Positions 9,954-23,300 of a stretch of DNA of 64,000 nucleotides are shown in pieces. Below the pieces are notes generated by a model. The model had not been told where the DNA came from. It saw only the letters and a list, made by a program, of their open reading frames with translations, and made no database searches. How positions within the stretch are numbered: the first letter of the stretch is position 1; each line of letters opens with the position of its first letter. Source of the stretch: Malacoraja senta (Eukaryota); the NCBI GenBank assembly GCA_038087875.1, contig CM075997.1:8806001-8870000 (forward strand), given 5' to 3'. The translations under genes were made by a program, and so were the position numbers.

Positions 9954-11157
9954 CATTTTCAACCAAAACACTTTTTGCAAACATTTTGCAAACATTTTAG
10001 AACTAAAACACTTTTTGCAAACATTTTAGAACCAAAACACTTTTTGCAAACATTTCAGAACAAAGACACACTATTTGTGCAAACATTTCAGAACAAAGAC
10101 ACACAATTTTTGCAAACATTTTAGAACCAAGACACACACTTTTTGCAAACATTTTAGATCCAAAACACTTTTTGCAAACATTTTAGAAGCAGTACACACA
10201 CTTTTTGCAAACATTTTAGAACCAAGACACACACTTTTTGCAAACATTTTAGAACCAAGACACACACATTTTGAAAACATTTTAGAATCAAAACACTTTT
10301 TGCAATCATTTTAGAACCAAAATACATTTTGCAAACATTTTAGAACCAAGCCACACACTTTTAGCAAACATTTCAGAACCAAGACACACACTTTTTGCAA
10401 ACAATTTAGAAGCAAGACACACAATTTTTGCAAACATTTTAGAACCAAGACACATTTTTTGCAAACATTTTAGAACCAAGACACACACTTTTTGCAAACA
10501 TTTTAGAAGCAAACACACTTTTTGTAAACATTTTAGAAACAAGACACACACTTTTTGCAAACATTTTAGAACCAAGACACACACATTTTGCAAACATTTT
10601 AGAACCAAGTCACACACTTTTTGAAAACATTTTAGAACCAAGACACACACTTTTTGCAAACATTTTAGAACCAAAACACTTTTCGCAAACATTTTAGAAC
10701 CAAAATATTTTTTGCAAACATTTTAGAACCAAGACACACACTTTTTGCAAACATTTTAGAACCAATACACACACTTTTTGCAAACATTTCAGAACCAAGA
10801 CACAACCTTTTTGCAAACATTTTAGAACCAAAACACACACTTTTTGCAAACAATGTAGAAGCAAGACACACAATTTTTGCAAACATTTTAGAACCAAGAC
10901 ACATTTTTTGCAAACATTTTAGAACCAAGACACTCACTTTTTGCAAACATTTTAGAATTAAACACACACTTTTTGTAAACATTTTAGAAACAAGACACAC
11001 ACTTTTTGCAAACATTTTAGAACCAAGACACACACATTTTGCAAACATTTTAGAACCAAGTCACACACTTTTTGAAAACATTTTAGAACCAAGACACACA
11101 CTTTTTGCAAACATTTTAGAACCAAAACACTTTTTGCAAACATTTTAGAACCAAAAT
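9954..11157. repeat. 33-bp satellite array, segment 4
   Basis: Same monomer; near-identical to about 42500-43751. Confidence 0.96.
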
Positions 11158-11510
11158 ATATATATATATATTTTTTTGAAAATATTTTTTATTGGAGATA
11201 AGTACACAACCTATTAACATCATTACAGTCTTACATTTTTGAATTGATAATATTGTCAATTATTATTACATTGTCTCCAATAGCTTTTGCCTTTTTTTTT
11301 TAAAAACTAGATAGAACTAAAAAGATAGATGAAGTAAAGAAAGAAAAGAGAGAGAAGAAAAGAGAGAACAAAAAAACAAAACAAAAAAAAAAAAAAAAAG
11401 AGAAAGATAGTTAAAGAAGAATGGAAAAATTTATTAAAATAAAAAACTTCATTCGAGATATATTCGTACATTTCAGAGTATAGCATTTCATCCATTCTTT
11501 AGCCCGAGTG

Positions 11511-14500
11511 TTAGTCAGGTTCCTCTGCTGAACCATTCTGACCCTTTAAATAATCAATAAAGGGAGACCATGTTCCAACGAATAATTCCTGTTTGTCCAA
11601 CAGGGAAAATCTGATTCTTTCCACGTTTAAGGTCTCCGTCATTTCTATAATCCACATTTTGATTGTGGGGGTTATAGGGCCTTTCCAAAATTTTAGAATT
11701 AATTTTTTTCCTGTTATTATACTATAATCAATAAAGTTTCTTTGTGTTGTTGTTAATGTTTGATTTAATTCTAATGTTCCAAGTATTATTAATTTTGGAT
11801 CCGGGTCCAATTGTGTGCTGGTCACTTTAGATATTATACTAAAAATATTTACCCAGAATTTTTTAATTTTTATACAGTTTGCAAACATATGAGATAAGGT
11901 AGCTTCTAAATGTTGACATTTATCACATATAGGTGAGATATGTTGAAAGATTTTATGTAATTTTGTTTTTGAATAATGTAACCTATGTATTACTTTAAAT
12001 TGTATTAAAGAATGTCTGGCATTTAATGAACATTGATGTATGTGTTGTAAACTTTCTTCCCAAGTATCTTTCGTTATTATTTGATTTAATTCTTTTTCCC
12101 ATATTTGTCTGTGTAAGTCCGTCGATGGAATGTCACTGTCTAATAAGATATTAATTTTTCTGTATTAGGATGTTTATTCCAACATTCGTCAAGAATTTCT
12201 GAATTTCTAATTTGAAAATTTTGAGTATTCGATTTTACATAATCTCTGAGTTGAAGATATCTGAAATAATCATTTCCTCGGAGTCCATAAGTCTGTTGCA
12301 ACTCCTGAAATGTCAGAAAAGTGCCTTCCTTGTAAAGTTGTCCCATATTTTTAATTCCATAATTCTTCCATTGTGTATAACCCCTGTCCAACCATGAGGG
12401 CTTAAACAAAGGGTTATTCACAATTGGAAGAAAAAGTGATAAATTATCTAATTTTAATGTCTTTTTTAATTGTTTCCAAATTCGTATAGCACTAAATTTT
12501 ATAGGGGTTTCCCTATAATTTTTTTTGTTTAATTTAGACGTAGCAAATAATATCGAGCCGATATCAAAAGGTAAACAATCTTCCTTTTCCATTTTTAACC
12601 AATCTGGTTGTTGATCTATTTCTTCCAACCAGAAATTCATATTTTTAATATTAACTGCCCAAAAATAAAACAGAAAGTTGGGTAAAACCAAGCCTCCATT
12701 TATTTTTGATTTACACAAATGTCTTTTGTTTATCCTATGATTCTTATAATCCCAGATAAAATCATTAACAATGGAATCCAATTTTTTTTTAAAGTTTTTT
12801 GACAAATATATCGGAATTGTCTGAAAAAGGTATAATATTTGCGGTAAAATTTTTTTGCCAACCATTGAGATAGGAAGTGTTTTCCAGTATTGAATATTCT
12901 TATGTAGTTTGTTCAGTAATGGGGGAAAATTTGCTTTAAATAATGATGTATATATCTTAGTTACATCTAGGTATTTAAATTTTTCATTTAGTATTTTAAA
13001 TGGAAATTGTTGTATTATCTGTTTGTTATGTTCCCTTATTGGCATAATTTCACTTTTATTCCAATTTATTCTGTATCCTGAGAGTGAACCAAATTGGGTT
13101 ATTAGCTTTAATAAGTTTGGAATACTAATTTCTGGTTTTGTAATGTAAATTAGTACATCATCTGTGTATAGAGAAATTTTATTCACTGTGTCCTTTGTGA
13201 TATACCCATGTATTTCCGGATGACTCCTAACTCTTTCTGCGAGTGGCTCAATAGCAAGCGCAAATAATAATGGAGATAACGGGCATCCTTGTCTACAACC
13301 TCTAGATAGGCTGAATTTAGATGACAACCTTTGGTTTGTTAATATTCTAGCCGTAGGGTTTGTATATAACAGTTTTATCCATGTGCAGAATTTCTCCCCT
13401 AGCTCCATATTTTCCATCACCGAAAATAAATAAGACCATTCAACCTGATCAAATGCTTTTTCAGCGTCAAGTGAGATTATTGCTAGATCTTCAGTAATAA
13501 TTCTCTTAGCATAAATAATATTAAATAATCTTCTTAGATTATAATATGAGTACCGTTTCTGAATAAAGCCTGTTTGGTCAGGGTGTATTAATTTATTCAT
13601 CACTGTACTTAATCTATGCGCTAGTATTTTAGTTAATATTTTCTGATCTGTGTTTAAAAGTGCAATTGCTCTATATGATCCCGGATCTTCCGGATCTTTA
13701 TCAACTTTAGGAATAAGTGTTATTATAGATTCATTTAAAGTATCTGGAAGTTTCTGTTGAGTATAGATATGCTCATACAGCCTTTGTAAACGTGGGCAGA
13801 GCAAGTCATATTTTTTTTTTATAGAATTCAGAGCCTAAACCATCTGGTCCTACTGCTTTACCATTTTTTAAAGAGCCAATAGACTCCTCAATATCCTTTA
13901 TCGTAATCTCCCTTTCTAATAATTCTCTATCGTTTGAATCTAAACCTTTTAAATTACATTTTAGTAAAAAATCTGCTATTCCTTCTGGTTGTACTACAGT
14001 TTTAGTTGAATAAAGATTATGATAGTATTGGAGAAATCTTTCATTTATATCCTTGGGCATTTTTAATAATTCTCCCGTCTCTGTTCTAATTTTATGAATT
14101 ATTTTTTCCCCTTCCATTTTTCGTAACTGACGTGCTAATAGTTTTTGTGGTTTGTCTCCAAATTCAAAATGTAATTGTTTGGTTTTTTGATAAAGTTTTA
14201 TTACTTGTTCTGAATACATTTTGTTTAATTTATATTTCAATACAGCAATTTTATTATGTTTTAAAATAGATGGCATTCTCGCATTTTCTATATCTAGTTG
14301 CTTGATTTCACTTTCCAATGTTTGTTGTTTAATCCTGTTCTCTTTATTATATAATACTTGAGCAGAAATTAATGCACCTCGAACAAACGCTTTAAACGTT
14401 TCCCACATAAGAGAAGTAGGTGTGTCCGGGTTGTCATTGCGTGATCTGAGATTATAATATTATGGTATTTTGAGTTATAAGTAAATGGGATAAACGTGGA

Positions 14501-15154
14501 GTCAACTAAAAAATAATCTATTCTTGAGTATGTTTTATGTACTGGTGAGTAAAATGAATATTCCCGTCCAGTTGGATTTTCAATTCTCCAGACATCCTTA
14601 ATATTAGTGGTATTAATAAATGAATTTAAAAATACACTTGATTGAGATTTTACTTTTTTTTGCCTTGATGATCTATCTAAGTATGAATCTAATGTACAAT
14701 TGAAGTCTCCTCCAATTATTAATTTACATTGTGTAAATTCAGGAATTTTATTAAATGTTTTATTAAAAAACATAGGGTTATCAAAATTAGGCCCATATAC
14801 ATTAAGAAGAATCACTTTTTCTCCATTTAACTCTCCAACTAATATAATATAGCTACCATCAATATCCGCTATTGTTGATGAATTCGTAAAAGGTATTCCT
14901 TTACGAATTAATATTGCAACTCCTCTGGACTTATGGGAAAAAGAGGAATGATATGATTCAGCGATCCACTTAGCTTTAAGTCTATGTTGAGATTCCTTTT
15001 TAAGGTGTGTTGCTTGAAGGAATATTATATCTGTTTTGATTGAATTTAGATGTGCCAAAACTTTACCTCTCTTAATTGGTTCATAGATTCCCTTGACATT
15101 CCAACTATAAAATGTTATTCCCTGACCCCCTCTTGTCATATTAACATCTTGCAT
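11511..15154 (-). pseudogene. ORF2p: L1 ORF2 (AP endonuclease, reverse transcriptase, C-terminal CCHC), disrupted
   Basis: SWNVKG, FLQATH (E lost), NVYGPN, GGDFN, SRIDY, SDH; GPDG, YRAIALLN, SLDAEKAFD, GCRQGCPLSPLLF, LYTDD; CDKC-x8-H-x4-C near 11880-11930. Broken near 14440, 13810 and 12140. Confidence 0.93.
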
Positions 15155-15537
15155 ATTGTTTCTAAGGTGGTCTATAACCGAGCAGAAGGTGCAACACATA
15201 AAACCTGACCCTGCTCCCGAACCTCAAATAGATGAATTTAAAATCATATACATCGCTCTTCCGAACACATCTCCTTGTATTAGTCTTGTTGTTCCATTCA
15301 AACATTAAGTTATAAAAATATTTAAAGTGAAAAAAGTGATAGAATTGGTTAGTATAGGGTGAAAGAAAAAAAACTACATCTACAATTAGTGTAGTTAGTG
15401 ATAGCCACACTAACGTGGCTAGAATTCTAAAGACTTCCGTAGCCTTTGTAAAAAAAAAATTCCCAGCTCCGTGCCCGAAAAAAAAAAAAAAAAGATTATT
15501 TCTGACAATCAAATAACTTCTTTGGGAGTAGCAAACA

Positions 15538-15580
15538 TATATATATACCCATACATACACACACACATACATACATATAT

Positions 15581-15615
<35 letters not shown>

Positions 15616-15631
15616 CATATGCATACATACA
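15538..15631. repeat. Compound (AT)n/(AC)n/(ATAC)n microsatellite in the L1 inter-ORF spacer
   Basis: Directly visible; also at about 48130-48223. Confidence 0.9.
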
Positions 15632-16167
15632 TAAGCACGTATCCCTGCAGAAAAGTCCGAAAACAGCATAAATTCACAACGTTATTATTCTCTACATATC
15701 ATATTAATATCCTCGCTAAATCTATAAATTTAATTTTAAATTGAAAAATAAAGAGATAAACCGTCAAACCTTATTATGACGTAGGCTGAATTACCTCTTG
15801 CATATCTTCCTATAGAATATAAGTATGCAACTCATTTCTACGTTAACCAGAAACTGTTAGTTATTAATCATTGTTATCAATCATACCCAGTATTAAATTT
15901 TTATGAGTAATATAAATGTTAATAATTTTAGTAGTAATATAGATATTTAATAAGTATTAGTAGTTACATATATAGTTAGATATGAATATACTAAATAGTA
16001 ATAGTGATTAATAACAAAAAAATTAAAAAAAAACACGGTTTTCTCCAATGTCCACCGTCCATTTCGGTTTTCCAATGTCCTTAAAGCTCTTAAAAGAACT
16101 TTAAAGATCCTTTTAAATCTGGCGAAGTCCCGTTAATCCTTGATTCCTGAGGAGTATTGTAAATTCT

Positions 16168-17211
16168 TCAGTCCGTGGTCACGTTCCCGATTTCTTTGGC
16201 ATATTCCAGTGCTTTTTCGTGGTCTGTAAAAAATTGCTCCTTGTTCTTGTAGGTGACTCTTAGTCTTGCCGGGTAAAGTAAGCCGTATATCAAATCAGGT
16301 ACATTCTTCAGTATTCTTTTTGTCTCAATGAACAGCGCTCTTTTCTTGAAGACCTCTGCTGGATAATCTCGGTAAATACTGAACCTCACACCTTCAAAAT
16401 GGAGCTGTCCGCTTCGGACAATTTTCTTCATTATCTCGTCAAATTCATGATCAAGTTGCACCTTTACTATAATTTGTCTTGGATGGGCATCATCTTGTGT
16501 ACGACGCCGCTGCGCTCTATGAGCTCGACCGAGTGAAGGTTTTTGATCCAATTTTAAGGCTTTTTGTAGTAGGTCTGCCACAAAATCCCGAGGGCCCATT
16601 TCCCTCTCACTTCCTTCTTTCACCCCTACAATTCTTAGATACTTGCGTCTTTGACGCCCCTCTAAATCGGTACACTTATCACTTAATTTGGTCACCATAT
16701 CGGAGAGGCGTTGGTTTTCAATAAGGAGTCGATTTACAGTTTCCACACTTGTCGCCGCACATTTCTCAAGTTCGGTTATCGCTGTTCTATGTTGATCAAG
16801 TGCTTGATGAATGGGGACCACATCCATATTAACATTCGATTCCACCGAAACGAGCCTGGCTTCCAGCACTTCCATCTGTTCCTTGACCTCTTCGTCCCTC
16901 GACCTCTTCCAGACTTCCAGTATTTCTTGAACGGTAGAAAGCATTTCTGCTTTAAAATCTACCTTAAAAGAGTTAAGTTCCTCTTTAAAATTCAGTTTTC
17001 CTTCAAAGGTTTTCAACTCAGCAGCGAGAAAAGTTTTAAGATCTTCAATTTCAGACTTTTTCTGCTTTGATTTCTTCGTTGGGTCTTCCTGGGCTGTCAT
17101 TGTACCTGAGGCCGAGGCCTCAGTTAGGCCTTCTTCTTCCATCGGTGGTTTCCCTGTAACGTTTTTTTTTGGCCCACGGGGAGGGGGGGGGGGGGTACGT
17201 TGTATCGACAT
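16168..17211 (-). CDS. ORF1p: L1 ORF1p (coiled coil, RRM, CTD), intact 347 aa
   Basis: ATG start; DLEGRQRRKYLRIVGVKEG, RAHRA, PRQIIVK, IYRDYP, YGLLYPARLRVTY are ORF1p hallmarks. Confidence 0.92.
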   Translation of the reverse strand: MSIQRTPPPPPRGPKKNVTGKPPMEEEGLTEASASGTMTAQEDPTKKSKQKKSEIEDLKTFLAAELKTFEGKLNFKEELNSFKVDFKAEMLSTVQEILEVWKRSRDEEVKEQMEVLEARLVSVESNVNMDVVPIHQALDQHRTAITELEKCAATSVETVNRLLIENQRLSDMVTKLSDKCTDLEGRQRRKYLRIVGVKEGSEREMGPRDFVADLLQKALKLDQKPSLGRAHRAQRRRTQDDAHPRQIIVKVQLDHEFDEIMKKIVRSGQLHFEGVRFSIYRDYPAEVFKKRALFIETKRILKNVPDLIYGLLYPARLRVTYKNKEQFFTDHEKALEYAKEIGNVTTD

Positions 17212-17338
17212 ACCGTCAAAGTCGCGCGTTCAGATCGCGATCGCTGCAGGTAAGACCCGATTTTCTCCCGTTTTCAGATTCTTCGGCACGGAGCTAGCTG
17301 GCACTGGACTCAAGCCTCCATAGCGCCACCGGAAGACC

Positions 17339-20300
17339 AAACATTTTAGAACCAAGACACACACTTTTTGCAAACATTTTAGAACCAATACACACACTTT
17401 TTGCAAACATTTCAGAACCAAGACACAACCTTTTTGCAAACATTTTAGAACCAAAACAAACACTTTTTGTAAACATTTTAGAACCAAGACACACACTTTT
17501 TGCAAACATTTTAGAACCAATACACACACTTTTTGCAAACATTTCAGAACCAAGACACACACTTTTTGCAAACATTTTAGAACCAAGACACACTTTTTGC
17601 AAACATTTTAGAACCAAGACACACACATTTTGTAAACATTTTAGAACCAAAAATCACACTATTTGAAACATTTTATAAACAAAACACTTTTTGCAAACAT
17701 TTTAGAACAAATACACTTTTTTGAAAACATTTTAGAACCAAAACACTTTTTAGAACATTTCAGAACCAAGACACACACTTTTTGCAAACATTTTAGAACC
17801 AAGACACACACATTTTGCAAACATTTTAGAAGCAAGACACACACTTTTTGTAAACATTTTTGAACCATGACACACACTTTTTGTAAACATTTTAGAACTA
17901 CAACACTTTTTGCAAACATTTTAGAACCAAAACACTTTTTGCGAACATTTTAGAACCAAAACAATTTTTGCAAACATTCTAGAACCAATACACACACTTT
18001 TTGCAAACATTTTAGAACCAAAACACTTTTTGCTAACATATTAGAACCAATACACCTTTTGCAAACATTTTAGAACCAAGACACACACATTTTGCAAACA
18101 TTTTAGAACGAAGACACACACTTTTTGTAAACATTTTAGAACCAAGACACAGACTTTTTGCAAACATTTTTGAACCAAGACACACACATTTTGCAGACAT
18201 TTTAGAACCAAGACACACACTTTTTGCAAACATTTTAGAACCAACACACACATTTTGAAAACATTTTAGAACCAAAACACTTTTTGCAATCATTTTAGAA
18301 CCAAAATACATTTTGCAAACATTTTAGAACCAAGCCACTCACTTTTTGCAAACATTTCAGAACCAAGACACACACTTTTTGCAATTTAGAAGCAAGACAC
18401 ACAATTTTTGCAAACATTTTAGAACCAAGACACACACATTTTGCAAACATTTTAGAACCAAGTCACACACTTTTTGAAAACATTTTAGAACCAAGACACA
18501 CACTTTTTGCTAACATTTTAGAACCAAGACACACACATTTTGAAAATATTTTAGAACCAAGACACACACTTTTTGCAAACATTTTAGAACCAAAACACTT
18601 TTTGCAAACATTTTAGAACCAAAATATTTTTTGCAAACATTTTAGAACCAAGACACACACTTTTTGCAAACATTTTAGAACCAAGACACACACTTTTTGT
18701 AAACATTTTAGAACCAAGACACAGACTTTTTGCAAACATTTTTGAACCAAGACACACAAATTTTGCAGACATTTTAGAACCAAGACACACATTTTTGCAA
18801 ACATTTTAGAACCAAAACACATACTTTTTGAAAACATTTTAGAACCAAAACACATACTTTTTGAAAACATTTTAGACCCAGAACACTTTTTGCAACATTT
18901 TAGAACCAAAACACTTTTTGCAAACATTTTTGAAGCAAAAACACATACATTTTGCAAACATTTTAGAACCAAATCATTTTGCAAACATTTTAGAACCAAA
19001 ACACTTTTTCAAACATTTTAGAACCAAATCATTTTGCAAACATTTTAGAACCAAAACACTTTTTGCAAACATTTTAGAACCAATACACACACCTTTTGCA
19101 AACATTTTAGAACCAAGACCCACACATTTTGCAAACATTTTAGAACGAAGACACACACTTTTTGAAAGCATTATAGAAACAAGACACACAATTTTTGCAA
19201 ACATTTTAGAACCAAAATACTTTTTGCAAACATTTTAGAACCAATACACACACTTTTTGCAAACATTTTAGAACCAAGACACTTTTTGCTAACATATTAG
19301 AACCAATACACCTTTTGCAAACATTTTAGAACCAAGACACTTTTTGCAAATATTTCAGAACCAAGACACCCTCTTTTTGCAAACATTTTAGAACCAAGAC
19401 ACACACTTTTTGCAAACATTTTAGAACCAAGACACACACATTTTGCAAACATTTCAGAACCAAGACACACACTTTTTGCAAACATTTTAGAACCAAGACA
19501 CACACATTTTGCAAACATTTTAGAACCAAGACACACATATTTTGAAAACATTTCAGAACCAATACACACACTTTTTGCAAACATTTCAGAACCAAGACAC
19601 ACACTTTTTGCAAACATTTTAGAACCAAAACACATACTTTTTGCAAACATTTTAGAACCAAAATACATACTTTTTGAAAACATTTTAGAACCAAAACACA
19701 TACTTTTTGAAAACATTTTAGACCCAAAACTCTTTTTGCAAACATTTTTGAAGCAAAAACACCTTTTGCAAACATTTTAGAACCAAAACATTTTGCAAAC
19801 ATTTTAGAACCAAATCAATTTTTGCAAACAATTTAGAACCAAAACACTTTTTACAAACATTTAAGAACCAAAACACTTTTTGCAAACATTTTAGAACCAA
19901 AACACTTTTTGCAAACATTTCAGAACAAAGACACACTATTTTTGCAAACATTTTAGAACCAAATTATGTTGCAAACATTTTAGAACCAAAACACTTTTTG
20001 CAAACATTTTTGAACCAAAACACATTTTGCAAACATTTTAGAACTAAAACACTTTTTGCAAACATTTTAGAACCAAAACACTTTTTGCAAACATTTCAGA
20101 ACAAAGACACACTATTTTTGCAAACATTTCAGAACAAAGACACACTATTTTTGCAAACATTTCAGAACAAAGACACACAATTTTTGCAAACATTTTAGAA
20201 CCAAGACACACACCTTTTGTAAACATTTTGGAACCAAGACACACACTTTTTGCAAATATTTTAGAACCAAGACACACACTTTTAACAAACATTTTAGATC

Positions 20301-23300
20301 CAAAACACTTTTTGCAAACATTTTAGATCCAGTACACACACTTTTTGCAAACATTTTAGAACCAAGACACACACTTTTTGCAAACATTTTAGAACCAAGA
20401 CACACACAGTTTGAAAACATTTTAGAATCAAAACACTTTTTGCAATCATTTTATAACCAAAATACATTTTGCAAACATTTTAGAACCAAGCCACTCACTT
20501 TTTGCAAACATTTCAGAACCAAGCCACACACTTTTTGCTAACAATTTAGAAGCAAACACACACTTTTGTAAACATTTTAGAACCAAGTCACACACTTTTT
20601 GCAAACATTTTAGAACCAAGACACACACATTTTGAAAACATTTTAGAACCAAAACACTTTTTGCAAATTTTAGAACCAAAATATTTTTTGCAAACATTTT
20701 AGAACCAAGACACACACTTTTTGCAAACATTTTAGAACCAAGACACACACTTTTTGTAAACATTTTAGAACCAAGACACACACTTTTTGCAAACATTTTA
20801 GAACCAATACACACACTTTTTGCAAACATTTCAGAACCAAGAAACACACTTTTTGCAAACATTTTAGAAGCAAGACACACACTTTTTGTAAACATTTTAG
20901 AACCAAGACACAGACTTTTTGCAAACATTTTTGAACCAAGACACACACATTTTGCAGACATTTTAGAACCAAGACACACATTTTTTGCAAACATTTTAGA
21001 ACAAAAACACATACTTTTTGAAAACATTTTCGAACCAAAACACATAATTTTTCAAAACATTTTAGACCCAAAAGACTTTTTGCAAACATTTTAGAACCAA
21101 AACACTTTGCAAACATTTTTGAAGCAAAAACACCTTTTGCAAACATTTTAGAACCAAAATATTTTGCAAACATTTTAGAACCAAATCAATTTTTGCAAAC
21201 AATTTAGAACCAAAACACCTTCTGCAATCATTTTCGAAGCAAAACACTTTTTGCAAACATTTTAGAACCAAATCATTTTGCAAACATTTTAGAACCAAAA
21301 CACTTTTTGCCAACATTTTAGAACCAATACACACACTTTTTGCAAACATTTTAGAACCAAAACACTTTTTGCTAACATATTAGAACCAATACACCTTTTG
21401 CAAACATTTAGAACCAAGACACACACATTTTGCAAACATTTTAGAACCAAGTCACACACTTTTTGAAAACATTTTAGAACCAAGACACACACTTTTTGCA
21501 AACATTTTAGAACCAAGACACACACATTTTGAAAACATTTTAGAACCAAAACACTTTTTGCAAATTTTAGAACCAAAATATTTTTTGCAACCATTTTAGA
21601 ACCAAGACACACACTTTTTGTAAACATTTTAGAACCAAGACACACACTTTTTGCAAACATTTTAGAACCAATACACACACTTTTTGCAAACATTTCAGAA
21701 CCAAGAAACACACTTTTTGCAAACATTTTAGAAGCAAGACACAGACTTTTTGTAAACATTTTAGAACCAAGACACAGACTTTTTGCAAACATTTTTGAAC
21801 CAATACACACACATTTTGCAGACATTTTAGAACCAAGACACACATTTTTTGCAAACATTTTAGAACAAAAACACATACTTTTTGAAAACATTTTCGAACC
21901 AAAACACATAATTTTTTAAAACATTTTAGACCCAAAAGACTTTTTGCAAACATTTTAGAACCAAAACACTTTGCAAACATTTTTGAAGCAAAAACACCTT
22001 TTGCAAACATTTTAGAACCAAAACATTTTGCAAACATTTTGCAAACATTTTAGAACCAAATCCATTTTTGCAAACAATTTAGAACCAAAACACTTTTTGC
22101 AAACATTTAAGAACCAAAACACCTTTTGCAAACATTTTAGAACCAAATCATTTTGCAAACATTTTAGAACCAAAACACTTTTTGCAAACATTTCAGAACA
22201 AAGACACACTATTTTTGCAAACATTTCAGAACAAAGACACACAATTTTTGCAAACAATTTAGAACCAAGACACACTTTTTGCAAACATTTTAGAACCAAG
22301 ACACACACTTTTTGCAAACATTTTAGAAGCACGACACACACTTTTTGTAAACATTTTGGAACCAAGACACACACTTTTTGCAAACATTTTAGAAACAAGA
22401 CACACACTTATTCCAAACATTTTAGAACCAAGACACACACTTTTAGCAAACATTTTAGATCCAAAACACTTTTTGCAAACATTTTAGAACCAGTACACAC
22501 ACTTTTTGCAAACATTTTAGAACCAAGACACACACTTTTTGCAAACATTTCAGAACCAAGCCACACACTTTTTGCAAACATTTTAGAACCAAGACACACA
22601 CTTTTTGCAAACATTTTAGAACCAAGACACACACATTTTGAAAACATTTTAGAACCAAAACACTTTTTGCAAATTTTAGAACCAAAATATTTTTTGCAAA
22701 CATTTTAGAACCAAGACACACACTTTTTGCAAACATTTTAGAACCAATACACACACTTTTTGCAAACATTTCAGAACCAAGACACACACTTTTTGCAAAC
22801 ATTTTAGAACCAAAACACTTTTTGCAAACATTTTAGAACCAAGCCACTCACTTTTTGCAAACATTTCAGAACCAAGACACACACTTTTTGCAATTTAGAA
22901 GCAAGACACACAATTTTTGCAAACATTTTAGAACCAAGACACACACATTTTGCAAACATTTTAGAACCAAGTCACACACTTTTTGAAAACATTTTAGAAC
23001 CAAGACACACACTTTTTGCTAACATTTTAGAACCAAGACACACACATTTTGAAAATATTTTAGAACCAAGACACACACTTTTTGCAAACATTTTAGAACC
23101 AAAACACTTTTTGCAAACATTTTAGAACCAAAATATTTTTTGCAAACATTTTAGAACCAAGACACACACTTTTTGCAAACATTTTAGAACCAAGACACAC
23201 ACTTTTTGTAAACATTTTAGAACCAAGACACAGACTTTTTGCAAACATTTTTGAACCAAGACACACAAATTTTGCAGACATTTTAGAACCAAGACACACA

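Larger units (their letters stand above)
11158..17338 (-). mobile_element. Full-length, defective L1-clade LINE, copy 1 (~6.2 kb)
   Basis: 5' end GGTCTTCCGGTGGCGCTATGG, short 5'UTR, ORF1, ~1-kb AT-rich spacer, EN-RT-CCHC ORF2, T-rich 3'UTR with AATAAA. The 3' boundary is ambiguous between 11158 and 11189. Confidence 0.95.

Noticed and set aside
15162..15677. 171-aa hydrophobic ORF between L1 ORF1 and ORF2 (possible ORF3)
   Set aside because: Composition comes from (AT)n/(GT)n microsatellite and poly-T; its identity in copy 2 reflects the recent duplication, not selection.
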